Positions 54,834-63,308 of a stretch of 64,000 bases of DNA are shown here, piece after piece. The stretch is from Candidatus Babelota bacterium (lineage in GTDB: Bacteria > Babelota > Babeliae > Babelales > CAIQNR01), in contig CBFHTA010000001.1 in NCBI GenBank assembly GCA_965658655.1, positions 178,507 through 242,506 of the forward strand. The letters are read 5' to 3'. Both the position numbers and the translations under genes were made by a program. The first letter of the stretch is position 1; each line of letters begins with the position of its first letter. The notes below the pieces were generated by a model that was not told the DNA's origin, made no database searches, and saw only the letters and a list, made by a program, of their open reading frames with translations.

Positions 54834-55967
54834 CTAGCTTAGAATGACTGTATCCGTTATGAGTCCATATTTATTTGCTCTAATCTTTGCTTCGGTTTCT
54901 AGCAATACTTCGGCTAATCGCTCTACTTTGGTTTGCAATCCCGGTTCCTGTTCAGGAATTTGGAGCCATGTTAGGTTGTTTTCTTTGAGGTCAGATTTAA
55001 TTTTTCCGCAGGTTTCAAGAGATAGTTGGCTACCAACTAGTTCTAGAAAATAAGCATAGCGTTCAATTAAAGACCAGTATATATCATTGGCATCGAGCTC
55101 ATCGGGAATTACTTTTTTCTTATGAAGACGTTCAAGGGTGGAACCAATAGCTTTAAAAGAGTTCCAGGTTTGAGCTTGATCAGTTGGGGACCAGACAAGT
55201 TTGTCGCATGTGCTCGTTAACAATCGCAATAAAGTGAATCGAACTCGTTCTGGAGTTGAGTTTTCAACAGTAAGTTTAGTGCTTAGTTCTTTAGAAAGAT
55301 CTTCAAAAAATTGCATGGGCTGCTTTTGAAGGGAGGAGAATTTTGTCTTGAATGTTGAAGTGATGTGATCTTTGAGGCCATGCCAGAGAGGGGTTTCTTT
55401 TTGAGCAAGTTGATATTCAAAGTAAGGAGAGGTTTGTAGAAGAAGCCTTTCAAAGGCCGGTGCACTTACATAAGAAGACATTTTAATTTTTTGATTAAAG
55501 AGTCGCAAAACTCCTTCTGTGAATTCGGGAGATTGGTTAGCTTGTTGACTGTATTCTATAAATTGGGCTAGGTGAGTAAAGTTGTGAGGTAAAAAATCTG
55601 TGCCATATTCTTTACGATTAAATGTGTGCGCAAAGAATGAACTAATGCCATTATGAGTAAACTCAATGCGGTTAAAGAAAAGGTTTAATTTTTTTTCTGC
55701 GTCTTTGTTTGGTTGTTGGTGGGTAAAGCGAATAGGAGTTACTGTTGCGTTTGGTACAGAAAGATATTCATCAACTTCTTGTTTGGTTATTACTTTTGCT
55801 TGTTCTTTGGCTTTAGCTTTAGCTTCTCGAGCAAGTCTTCTTTTCTCGGCACGAGTCACTCTCTTTTTTATTTTTGGTTCAGATAATTGTTTTTTGTCTT
55901 CTTTTGCACTATGTATAGAACTAGTACATATAAGTAGGCCTAAAAAAAATAAATGTGTTATTTTCAT
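54834..55967 (-). CDS. Hypothetical secreted helical protein
   Basis: 377 aa. Signal peptide MKITHLFFLGLLICTSSIHSA and a K/A/E-rich stretch. No recognisable motif. Divergent from gspF. Confidence 0.5.
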   Translation of the reverse strand: MKITHLFFLGLLICTSSIHSAKEDKKQLSEPKIKKRVTRAEKRRLAREAKAKAKEQAKVITKQEVDEYLSVPNATVTPIRFTHQQPNKDAEKKLNLFFNRIEFTHNGISSFFAHTFNRKEYGTDFLPHNFTHLAQFIEYSQQANQSPEFTEGVLRLFNQKIKMSSYVSAPAFERLLLQTSPYFEYQLAQKETPLWHGLKDHITSTFKTKFSSLQKQPMQFFEDLSKELSTKLTVENSTPERVRFTLLRLLTSTCDKLVWSPTDQAQTWNSFKAIGSTLERLHKKKVIPDELDANDIYWSLIERYAYFLELVGSQLSLETCGKIKSDLKENNLTWLQIPEQEPGLQTKVERLAEVLLETEAKIRANKYGLITDTVILS

Positions 55968-56056
55968 ATCAGGTCCTTCGCTAAAGTGGTCAATTTATGT
56001 GTAGTGTACCATGAAATTGGGTTTAACAGTAAGACTATGGATAAAAAGGTTGTTTA

Positions 56057-57271
56057 ATGGCTCTGTATACGTATCAAGCATTTTCTCGGGATGGCAAGAA
56101 AGCTAGCGGGCAGATTGATGCTCCTTCATCAGGAGGTGCACGAGAATTATTGCAACGCAAAGGGCTTCTTCCTATTTCTATAGTTCCTGCAGCTCAAGCG
56201 GCACAAAAAGAATCTTTTTTTCAGCGGATTTTTTCTCGATCCGTTTCCCTGAAAGATAAAATTCTATTTACTAAACAGTTATCTGTACTTTTAAAATCTG
56301 GTATTCCCCTTCTTGCTTCTATCGAATTACTTCAAGATCAATTTGAAGGAAAAATGCATAGGGTGTTAATAACGCTTAAAGATGGTCTGAAAGAAGGACA
56401 ATCTTTGGCCGATGGTATGAAACAGTATCCTCACATTTTTGAGAACATCTACGTACAACTTGTGCGAGCAGGTGAAGCAAGTGGCCGGTTAGAAGTTATC
56501 CTAGAACGGTTGACCGAATTTTTAGAGCGAAGAGAAGAGATTCAAAAGAAAGTAAGTAGTGCGTTGCGGTATCCACTTATTCAATTAGTACTTGTGAGTT
56601 GTGTAGTTGCTGGGCTTATGACTTTTGTTGTTCCTAAATTGGCCGGAGTGTTTGCCGATCAGGGTGGCTCGCTTCCTTTACCAACTCAAATTCTTATGAC
56701 CATTTCTGATTTCTTTGTATATCACTATGGAATTCTTTTGGTGTCATTGATTAGTTCAATACTCCTTTTTTCTTATTGGAGTTCGACTCCCTCAGGAGCA
56801 CTCTTGATGGATCGTATTAAGTTACGTTTGCCAATTATAAAGTTATTTACTCGTATAGGAGCAATTGTTCAGTTTTCTAAAACGCTTGGAATGCTCTTAG
56901 AAGGAGGTGTTAATCTATCTCAATCGCTCGATATTGTATGTAGCATTGTAGATAATAGAGTATTGAAAAAAGCATTAGAAGAAGCGCGAGAAAAAATCAT
57001 TAAAGAAGGTAAGATTTCTCAGTATTTAAAACAAACCAACATTTTTCCTCCTATGGCTATTTATTTGATTCGCACAGGTGAAGAAAGTGGAAACTTGGAT
57101 ACTATGTTATTGAGTGTTGGTAAAACTTTCGAAGAAGATCTGTCTGAGTTAGCAGATACTTTGACAACGTTATTGAATCCTATTATTACTGTAGTTATGT
57201 CGTTGATTATTGGGTTTATTGTTATGGCAATTGCGCTTCCAATAATGAGTATGGGTAACTTAGTAATGTAA
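56057..57271 (+). CDS. gspF: Type II secretion / type IV pilus platform protein GspF/PilC
   Basis: 404 aa. Two GspF repeats (FTKQLSVLLKSGIPLLASIELL; FSKTLGMLLEGGVNLSQSLDIV) and three TM segments. Confidence 0.9.
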   Translation: MALYTYQAFSRDGKKASGQIDAPSSGGARELLQRKGLLPISIVPAAQAAQKESFFQRIFSRSVSLKDKILFTKQLSVLLKSGIPLLASIELLQDQFEGKMHRVLITLKDGLKEGQSLADGMKQYPHIFENIYVQLVRAGEASGRLEVILERLTEFLERREEIQKKVSSALRYPLIQLVLVSCVVAGLMTFVVPKLAGVFADQGGSLPLPTQILMTISDFFVYHYGILLVSLISSILLFSYWSSTPSGALLMDRIKLRLPIIKLFTRIGAIVQFSKTLGMLLEGGVNLSQSLDIVCSIVDNRVLKKALEEAREKIIKEGKISQYLKQTNIFPPMAIYLIRTGEESGNLDTMLLSVGKTFEEDLSELADTLTTLLNPIITVVMSLIIGFIVMAIALPIMSMGNLVM

Positions 57272-57276
57272 TTTGT

Positions 57277-57714
57277 ATGAAAGGTATAAGTATGACTTCA
57301 AGTCTACAAAAAGGCTTTAGCTTGATGGAAATTATGATTGCCGTTGCAATCATGGGTATATTGGCTGGTGTTGGTATTCCAATGTATTCTTCTTATTTAA
57401 AAAATGCACGTATGAAAAGAACAGAAGGCACACTTGCACTCTTTAAAAATGAAATCAATCGGTATAATGCCGATACAGGTCGATATCCTCGTGCCTTAGA
57501 TGATCTTGTTGATAAACCAGATGCTGACAGTCCCTTAGCGAAGAAATGGCAAGGACCATACATTGATGTAAAGGGTGGAGGATTGCCAGAAGACGCTTGG
57601 GGACAAGATTTTATGTATGAATTAACGCCTGGAGGTGCGCATCCATATGAACTTTACTCTTATGGGCCTGATGGTGAAGATGCCCCAGAAGAAGACAGGA
57701 TTAGTGCCTGGTAA
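57277..57714 (+). CDS. gspG: Major pseudopilin GspG
   Basis: 145 aa. Prepilin leader and cleavage motif QKG|FSLMEIMIAVAIMGILAGV. C-terminal DAWGQDFMYELTPGGAHPYELYSYGPDG is typical of GspG. Confidence 0.9.
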   Translation: MKGISMTSSLQKGFSLMEIMIAVAIMGILAGVGIPMYSSYLKNARMKRTEGTLALFKNEINRYNADTGRYPRALDDLVDKPDADSPLAKKWQGPYIDVKGGGLPEDAWGQDFMYELTPGGAHPYELYSYGPDGEDAPEEDRISAW

Positions 57715-58279
57715 CACAAAACCCGGATTTGGATTATTCGAGTTTTTAGTTGCGCTGGCAATATTGGGAGGATTGGCGTCTGTCGCTGTTCCCAATTATT
57801 TACGACAGCAAGCTGGTTATGAACGTAAAAAATTCGTAACCAGCCTTAATGCTTTAATGAGCGAAGTTTTCCAACTCGGGCTTATGAACGAAAAAATAGA
57901 ACGCGTAAAGTTCAATCTAAAGCAGCGAAGTGTAGCAGTAGAGCAAGAAACAGGCTTGTATACCGACGAAGGCTCAAAGGTCTTTAAACCTATTGTGCTG
58001 CACTATGTTGATACTAAGTATCGTTGGCCAGAAGCATTTGATTTTAAACAGTTTTTTGTAAAGCGTAAGGATGAAATGCTCGCTCGTGGAGCGCATGGTG
58101 AGACAGATGAAGTATGGTTTTATGTAATGCCTTCGGGAATGGCACAAGAAGTTATTATTAACATTCTTGATACTAAGGATCAGTCGGTTGATAAAGACGG
58201 GACTGAAATAAGTTTGGTGCTGAATCCGTTTACCTTACAGTTTAGGAGGTATGATGAATTTCAAATTCCATCAGCGTAA
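57680..58279 (+). CDS. Minor pseudopilin, GspH-like
   Basis: Prepilin motif KPG|FGLFEFLVALAILGGLASV with Glu at +5. The start is uncertain (ATG 57680 or GTG 57704, both inside the gspG 3' end). Assigned by position after gspG. Confidence 0.6.
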   Translation: MPQKKTGLVPGNTKPGFGLFEFLVALAILGGLASVAVPNYLRQQAGYERKKFVTSLNALMSEVFQLGLMNEKIERVKFNLKQRSVAVEQETGLYTDEGSKVFKPIVLHYVDTKYRWPEAFDFKQFFVKRKDEMLARGAHGETDEVWFYVMPSGMAQEVIINILDTKDQSVDKDGTEISLVLNPFTLQFRRYDEFQIPSA

Positions 58280-58676
58280 CGGCTTTGCGCTTATGGAGGT
58301 CATGCTTGCTTTAGCCACTATTGGTATTTTATTAACTACGTTTATGATGGTGCAGACTAAAGTATTTAAGAATACCATGACAAGTTCTTTTCGTATTGAT
58401 CGTTTTTATCATATTAAAAATATGTTTTTTGTTGTAAAAATAAAACCACTAGAAGATGAACAAACGGTTAGAGAACAAACAATTCAAGACCCTGCAATAA
58501 AGCTTCGTTACCATAAAAAGCCTGTTAATCCTAAGTCTGAACTGGCCCGCTTTACGGGTCTATTTCAAGAAGTGGCAACAGGAGAGTGGTATGAATGGGG
58601 CAAAGACAAAGAGTATGACATTATAAGTTATCAATTTGATCCGCCTAAGAAGGAAGGAAAAGATGAAGCTTCGTAA
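58251..58676 (+). CDS. Minor pseudopilin, GspI-like
   Basis: 141 aa. AGGAGG Shine-Dalgarno. Prepilin motif QRNG|FALMEVMLALATIGILL. Assigned by size and order. Confidence 0.55.
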   Translation: MMNFKFHQRNGFALMEVMLALATIGILLTTFMMVQTKVFKNTMTSSFRIDRFYHIKNMFFVVKIKPLEDEQTVREQTIQDPAIKLRYHKKPVNPKSELARFTGLFQEVATGEWYEWGKDKEYDIISYQFDPPKKEGKDEAS

Positions 58677-59655
58677 TGGATTTGCTCTCTTAGAAGTTTT
58701 GTTTGCTATGATTATTGGGTCAATGTTGTCCTTTATATTGTTTCAAAGTATAGGGTCGATGAGTAAAACTTATCAAAAAATTTATTCTGTTTCTTCTGTG
58801 CAGCGGCGGTTTACTTTAGTTCAGCAGCAGTTTGAACGAGACTTCTCTGGGGTTACTGCACCAAAAATTAGTTTACAAGATGAACGTGATCCAAATAAAA
58901 AAGAAAAATCTGGTGACGACAAAAAAGAAGAAAAAAAAGCAGAAGTAAAAAGCGGTAAAGAAAAACCTAAAGAAAAAATATATCGAGTTCCTCACGTATT
59001 TTTTTCTAAAAATGACACTAATGGTAACTGTGTAGAACTTACCTGCTTAACAACTAATCCTATAACCATGTATGGGCAACAAACGCCGCGGTTGGTACGA
59101 GTTGTTTACAGGTTGGAGCCAGATCCTGAACATAAAGGGCTCTGGCTATTAGCGCGTCAGCAGTCTGACAACCTTGATTTTGAGGCCTTTTCAGAAAAAG
59201 CCAAAGATGTTGTGAGGAAATTCACTATTTCTGATGGTATTGAGAAATTAAAAATTTCATTCTTGATTTCTCAAAAACCAGAAAAAGAATCTAAGTCGCT
59301 AACAGAAGAAAATAAAAAGTTAGCCAAAAAAGAAAAAAAGAAAAACGTTAAAGAAAAGAGAGAGTTTAAAGAAGTAAAAGATTGGCCTTATTTTGAAAAT
59401 GAAGAAGAAGAGAAAAAAAGTAAACGTCCTTCTTATCCTACCCTTATTAAAGTTGAGATGACTTTCATTGATGAACAAAAACGGCCATCAAGTTTTGTAG
59501 TATGGTACGCGCCGCTTTATGATTTGGAACCAACATTTGTTGATAAGTCTGCAACACTACCATCGATGAGTGAGATGTACCATCAACGTTTCACTGAACA
59601 GCAACAGCGGAATATGCAAGGAATGCAATATTCAATGAGGAAGCGTAATGGTTAA
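58663..59655 (+). CDS. Minor pseudopilin, GspJ-like, with K/E-rich insertions
   Basis: Start at the ATG at 58663 (MKLRNG|FALLEVLFAMIIGSMLS). Low-complexity inserts KKEKSGDDKKEEKKAEVKSGKEKPKEK and KKLAKKEKKKNVKEKREFKEVK. Assigned by order. Confidence 0.5.
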   Translation: MKLRNGFALLEVLFAMIIGSMLSFILFQSIGSMSKTYQKIYSVSSVQRRFTLVQQQFERDFSGVTAPKISLQDERDPNKKEKSGDDKKEEKKAEVKSGKEKPKEKIYRVPHVFFSKNDTNGNCVELTCLTTNPITMYGQQTPRLVRVVYRLEPDPEHKGLWLLARQQSDNLDFEAFSEKAKDVVRKFTISDGIEKLKISFLISQKPEKESKSLTEENKKLAKKEKKKNVKEKREFKEVKDWPYFENEEEEKKSKRPSYPTLIKVEMTFIDEQKRPSSFVVWYAPLYDLEPTFVDKSATLPSMSEMYHQRFTEQQQRNMQGMQYSMRKRNG

Positions 59656-60721
59656 AAAGGGATACATTTTATTTTTTACGATGATTATGTTGGCCATGGG
59701 AGCAGCACTGATTACTCAAATTTTTTATATGGGCAATCTTTATAATTCTTATGTATCGATTACGCTCGATAGAGAACGTGCACGGCAACTTGCTTTGGGA
59801 GGTGTTTCGGTTGCTATGTCTCAGTTAATGTTGCTAGATAAAAAGCTTTCTCCACCAAAAGAAGAAAAAAAAGATGGAGAAAAAGGAGAAGAACCAACGC
59901 GTGAAGAAAATAAAAAAAAATTGTTAGAAATAATGCTCCAGGTTCAAAATAAATGGCAAACATTTATACTAAAGCATGAAACCGATGGAATAGATGCAGA
60001 ACTTAAAGTTTGTATTTCTTGTGAAAATGGCAAAATAGATTGTAATAAATTTTATAATTATGAAATTCATAAATTTATTTCTCCTCAAGGCAAGGACACA
60101 GAAAAATTTTATAAAGTCTTAGGGGAAAAACTTGCGCCTTTATTGAAAGATAAAAATATTGCTGAGGAAGTAACCTCCTTTATTAGCACACAAAAAAGAC
60201 CACTTTTAACACCAACAGAATTCTTGAAAAACAAAAAATTGACACAAACTTTTGATAATCGCATCTTTTATACTCCTTCTGAATTATCTCAAGAGGAAAA
60301 TGTTGATGAAGCGGCAAAGCCTCACCAACAGGTGTATTTAACAGACCTCTTTACTGTTCATGGAGAAAGTTTAATAAGTCTGTGGTCGATTTCTCCATCT
60401 TTACAGAAAGCGTTTGGACTCTATTCTGATAGAAAGATGACACCAAGCCTCGCAAAAGAAATTTTGAAACAGGTGAACGTGGCCGAGATCAAGGGGCCTG
60501 AAGATTTAAGTAAAGCATTACAAATTATTTATGGAGGGAAAAATAGTGCTTTACCAATAGAATTTCTTAACAGTTTAGGCCCAAAATTTGAGCCACGCCT
60601 GTTTTCTGTGCTATGTTATGCAAAAGTTGGAAGAGTAGGCCAAAAACTCCTCGCCCTCTTGGAAAAAGCACCAATGAAGGATGGGGAGATTATTAAAATG
60701 ATAAAAGTTTATTGGATTTGA
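59648..60721 (+). CDS. GspK-like minor pseudopilin
   Basis: 357 aa. N-terminal hydrophobic helix GYILFFTMIMLAMGAALITQIF without Glu+5, as in GspK. Last gene of the pseudopilin block. 8-nt overlap with the previous gene. Confidence 0.5.
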   Translation: MVKKGYILFFTMIMLAMGAALITQIFYMGNLYNSYVSITLDRERARQLALGGVSVAMSQLMLLDKKLSPPKEEKKDGEKGEEPTREENKKKLLEIMLQVQNKWQTFILKHETDGIDAELKVCISCENGKIDCNKFYNYEIHKFISPQGKDTEKFYKVLGEKLAPLLKDKNIAEEVTSFISTQKRPLLTPTEFLKNKKLTQTFDNRIFYTPSELSQEENVDEAAKPHQQVYLTDLFTVHGESLISLWSISPSLQKAFGLYSDRKMTPSLAKEILKQVNVAEIKGPEDLSKALQIIYGGKNSALPIEFLNSLGPKFEPRLFSVLCYAKVGRVGQKLLALLEKAPMKDGEIIKMIKVYWI

Positions 60722-60737
60722 GCGAAAAAAGGGAACG

Positions 60738-62396
60738 ATGCGAATTAATACGGAAACGAGTGTTGGTATATTTGTTCTCGGATCACTGGCAATCTTTTTT
60801 TATATGACCTTTCAAATTGGAGTCTTCCGTTTAGATACCGGAAACTATAGGTCTCACCCAGTTTTTTTTGCTGATGTTTCGGGCCTTATTCCTAAATCAG
60901 ATGTTAAAATTGCGGGTGTTAAAGTTGGTTGGGTTCAGGGTATTACGTTGATTGAAGGTGCCGATGAGTATCGTGCAAAAGCAACCATTATGCTTAATCG
61001 TCAATTCCAACTACATTCCAATGCGTCTGCCACAGTTCGGCAAGATGGTCTTCTTGGAACTAAGTTTCTTGAATTAAACCCTGGAGATTCCTTGCTCCCC
61101 ACTTTGAAAAAAGGACAACCATTAGGTAATCCGGGTACAGCGCCAGCATCGGTGGATACACTTATTCAAAAGTTTGGGAAGATTGCAGATAACATAGAAG
61201 AGATTACTGATTCTGTTAAATCAACAATCGGCGGCGTTGACGGCAGAAACGAACTGAGAGAAACCTTTAAGAACATTAATGTTGCCGCAGAAAAAATTGC
61301 AAACTTCTCTAATATTATCGACAGAATCGCATCTCGAAATGAAGAGGATGTGAATTCAATTGTAGGGGATATTCGTGAGTTTGCTCGTGAGCTACGTACT
61401 GGATTCCCGCCATTACAAGAAGATATCAGACGTGTTGCTAATAAACTCGAAATTGATGTTCTTCCAGCTTTCAAAGAGAGTGTGGAGAAAATTTCAAAAG
61501 TCTTTGACCGTGACTTTGGTTCTGTAGCAGGCAAGCTCGAAAGTACTGCCGACGCCATTGAAGAGGCTGCATTGCAAACACGAGATGGTTTTAGAAGTAT
61601 TGAGGCTGTCGCGGATAAGATCAATGAAGGAAAAGGTCTTATTGGTAAGTTGGTTAACGAAGATCAAACCTATCAAGATCTAAAAGTTGCAGTACAAGGT
61701 CTTAAGAATTACTTCTCTAAAGTAGAGAGTTTGGGTATTGTATTCGATACTCATTTTGAAACTATGTATCGTCCGGCAGAGAACTTTAAGTTTAAAGATT
61801 CAAAAGGGTACGTCGACATTCGAGTTCATCCAAATCAAGATCACTTCTATTTAATTCAGATGATGGGGTCACTCAAAGGAAAACTTAAGCGTACCGATGT
61901 TAAGTTAATTAAAAAAGATATAAATGGCATACCGCTGGACCCTGTTGCTATGGGTGTTTCCGTAGATGCGTTATGGCAATATCCAGCGCAGTATGAAGAA
62001 ATCAAATGGGAACGTGACGCAGTTAAGTATGGGTTCCAGTTTGGTAAAACATTTAGAGAACTTGCATTTAGATTTGGTCTCTTTGAGGGCGCATTTGGTT
62101 TAGGTGTTGATTACGATATTCCGTTTGGAACAGAGAATGTTCGTTGGGTTACTTCCTTTGAAGCGTTCGATTTCCGAGGTCGAGATCGTTATCTTGATGA
62201 ACGTCCTCATCTTAAGTGGATTAACCGATTGTTCTTCCTACGTAATATCTACTTTGACTTTGGTGCCGATGACTTTATCAGTAAACATAACGCCAATGCG
62301 TTTATGGGTGTTGGTATTCGTTTTGGTGATGATGATATTAAATACTTTGTTTCTCGTCTTGGCTTAAGTGGCAGCAACAATAGCGCTAACATGTGA
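60738..62396 (+). CDS. MCE/MlaD-domain protein with long helical region and beta-rich C-terminal extension
   Basis: 552 aa. TM anchor (SVGIFVLGSLAIFFYMTF), MCE core (SDVKIAGVKVGWVQGITL...ATVRQDGLLGTKFLELNPG) and helical region ending GKGLIGKLVNEDQTYQDL. A ~200-aa Gly/aromatic strand-like C-terminus follows. Confidence 0.8.
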   Translation: MRINTETSVGIFVLGSLAIFFYMTFQIGVFRLDTGNYRSHPVFFADVSGLIPKSDVKIAGVKVGWVQGITLIEGADEYRAKATIMLNRQFQLHSNASATVRQDGLLGTKFLELNPGDSLLPTLKKGQPLGNPGTAPASVDTLIQKFGKIADNIEEITDSVKSTIGGVDGRNELRETFKNINVAAEKIANFSNIIDRIASRNEEDVNSIVGDIREFARELRTGFPPLQEDIRRVANKLEIDVLPAFKESVEKISKVFDRDFGSVAGKLESTADAIEEAALQTRDGFRSIEAVADKINEGKGLIGKLVNEDQTYQDLKVAVQGLKNYFSKVESLGIVFDTHFETMYRPAENFKFKDSKGYVDIRVHPNQDHFYLIQMMGSLKGKLKRTDVKLIKKDINGIPLDPVAMGVSVDALWQYPAQYEEIKWERDAVKYGFQFGKTFRELAFRFGLFEGAFGLGVDYDIPFGTENVRWVTSFEAFDFRGRDRYLDERPHLKWINRLFFLRNIYFDFGADDFISKHNANAFMGVGIRFGDDDIKYFVSRLGLSGSNNSANM

Positions 62397-63212
62397 TGAA
62401 CGAGACTTAGTGAATCTATATTCTTTAGCCCAATCAAAGAACAGTGCTTTGAGATACGCAAGTCTCTCGAGCCTGTTTTTTGCAGTGACCTTCATGTTAG
62501 CGGTAGGTAAAAATCGAGTTAAACGCGCCTGCTTTGTTTTTTCTAGGGTCCATAAATAGTTCCGTAGAATGCGTGTTTCTTTGTTAATTTCATCGATAAA
62601 CTTTGTCATAGGGTACACGTGATCAGCAGGATTTTGATTATTGATATAGCGTGCTTGAATGTGTTCCATTAATTCTTCAGAAAGTTTAAAGCGTGGCAAG
62701 GTGATGAATTGTTCAAACGATATTTCGTGTTTCCAATTGCTCCAACTATTCTTGCTTGTAAGTATTCGTTTAGTTCTGTAAGAAATGAAGTAATATGCCC
62801 CATAGCCAGAAGCAACTATAACAGCGGAGGCAAGAACTACATTCTTAAAGGTCAAAACCTTTATTGGTTCATGTGCTTTATTGAAAATTTCTTTAGTTTC
62901 AAAGTTTTCACCAAGACTTTGTTGAGATAAAAATTGTGGATTATGTGCAGCATTAACATCTGTTTTCTGGCCTTTTTGATTTGCATCTGCTCTTTGATCT
63001 GCTCTTTGATCTGCTCTTTGATCTGCCTCGCTTTTAATTTCAGTTTGGCTTTCTGAGGTGAGGGTGGCGGAGGCGGTAGTTGAGCCACCTTGAATAATGG
63101 TGGGGCGAGAATCTTTATCAAAAATAAATTGTATAGATGGGCTTTGTGTTTGAGAAGAAAGGAGAGAAGGGGAGAAAATTAAGAGAAATACGAGTGCGCT
63201 GCGTTTTTTCAT
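62364..63212 (-). CDS. Hypothetical signal-peptide protein with (ADQR)n repeat and internal TM helix
   Basis: 282 aa. Signal peptide, QRADQRADQRADQRAD repeat and TM VVLASAVIVASGYGAYYFISY. Its 3' end overlaps the MCE gene convergently by 33 nt. Confidence 0.5.
   Translation of the reverse strand: MKKRSALVFLLIFSPSLLSSQTQSPSIQFIFDKDSRPTIIQGGSTTASATLTSESQTEIKSEADQRADQRADQRADANQKGQKTDVNAAHNPQFLSQQSLGENFETKEIFNKAHEPIKVLTFKNVVLASAVIVASGYGAYYFISYRTKRILTSKNSWSNWKHEISFEQFITLPRFKLSEELMEHIQARYINNQNPADHVYPMTKFIDEINKETRILRNYLWTLEKTKQARLTRFLPTANMKVTAKNRLERLAYLKALFFDWAKEYRFTKSRSSHVSAIVAAT
62987..63026 (-). repeat. 12-bp tandem repeat (ctgctctttgat x3 plus partial copies) encoding ADQR units
   Basis: Perfect copies at 62987-62998, 62999-63010 and 63011-63022, with degenerate copies on both flanks. 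Confidence 0.85.
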
Positions 63213-63308
63213 ATTAATATCCTAAAAGGGGTTTTAGTGATGTTGGACCATAGTAAAACACGATTTTAAAAAATCTGCAAATTTTAAAAAATGTAGTATT
63301 ATAAAGGT

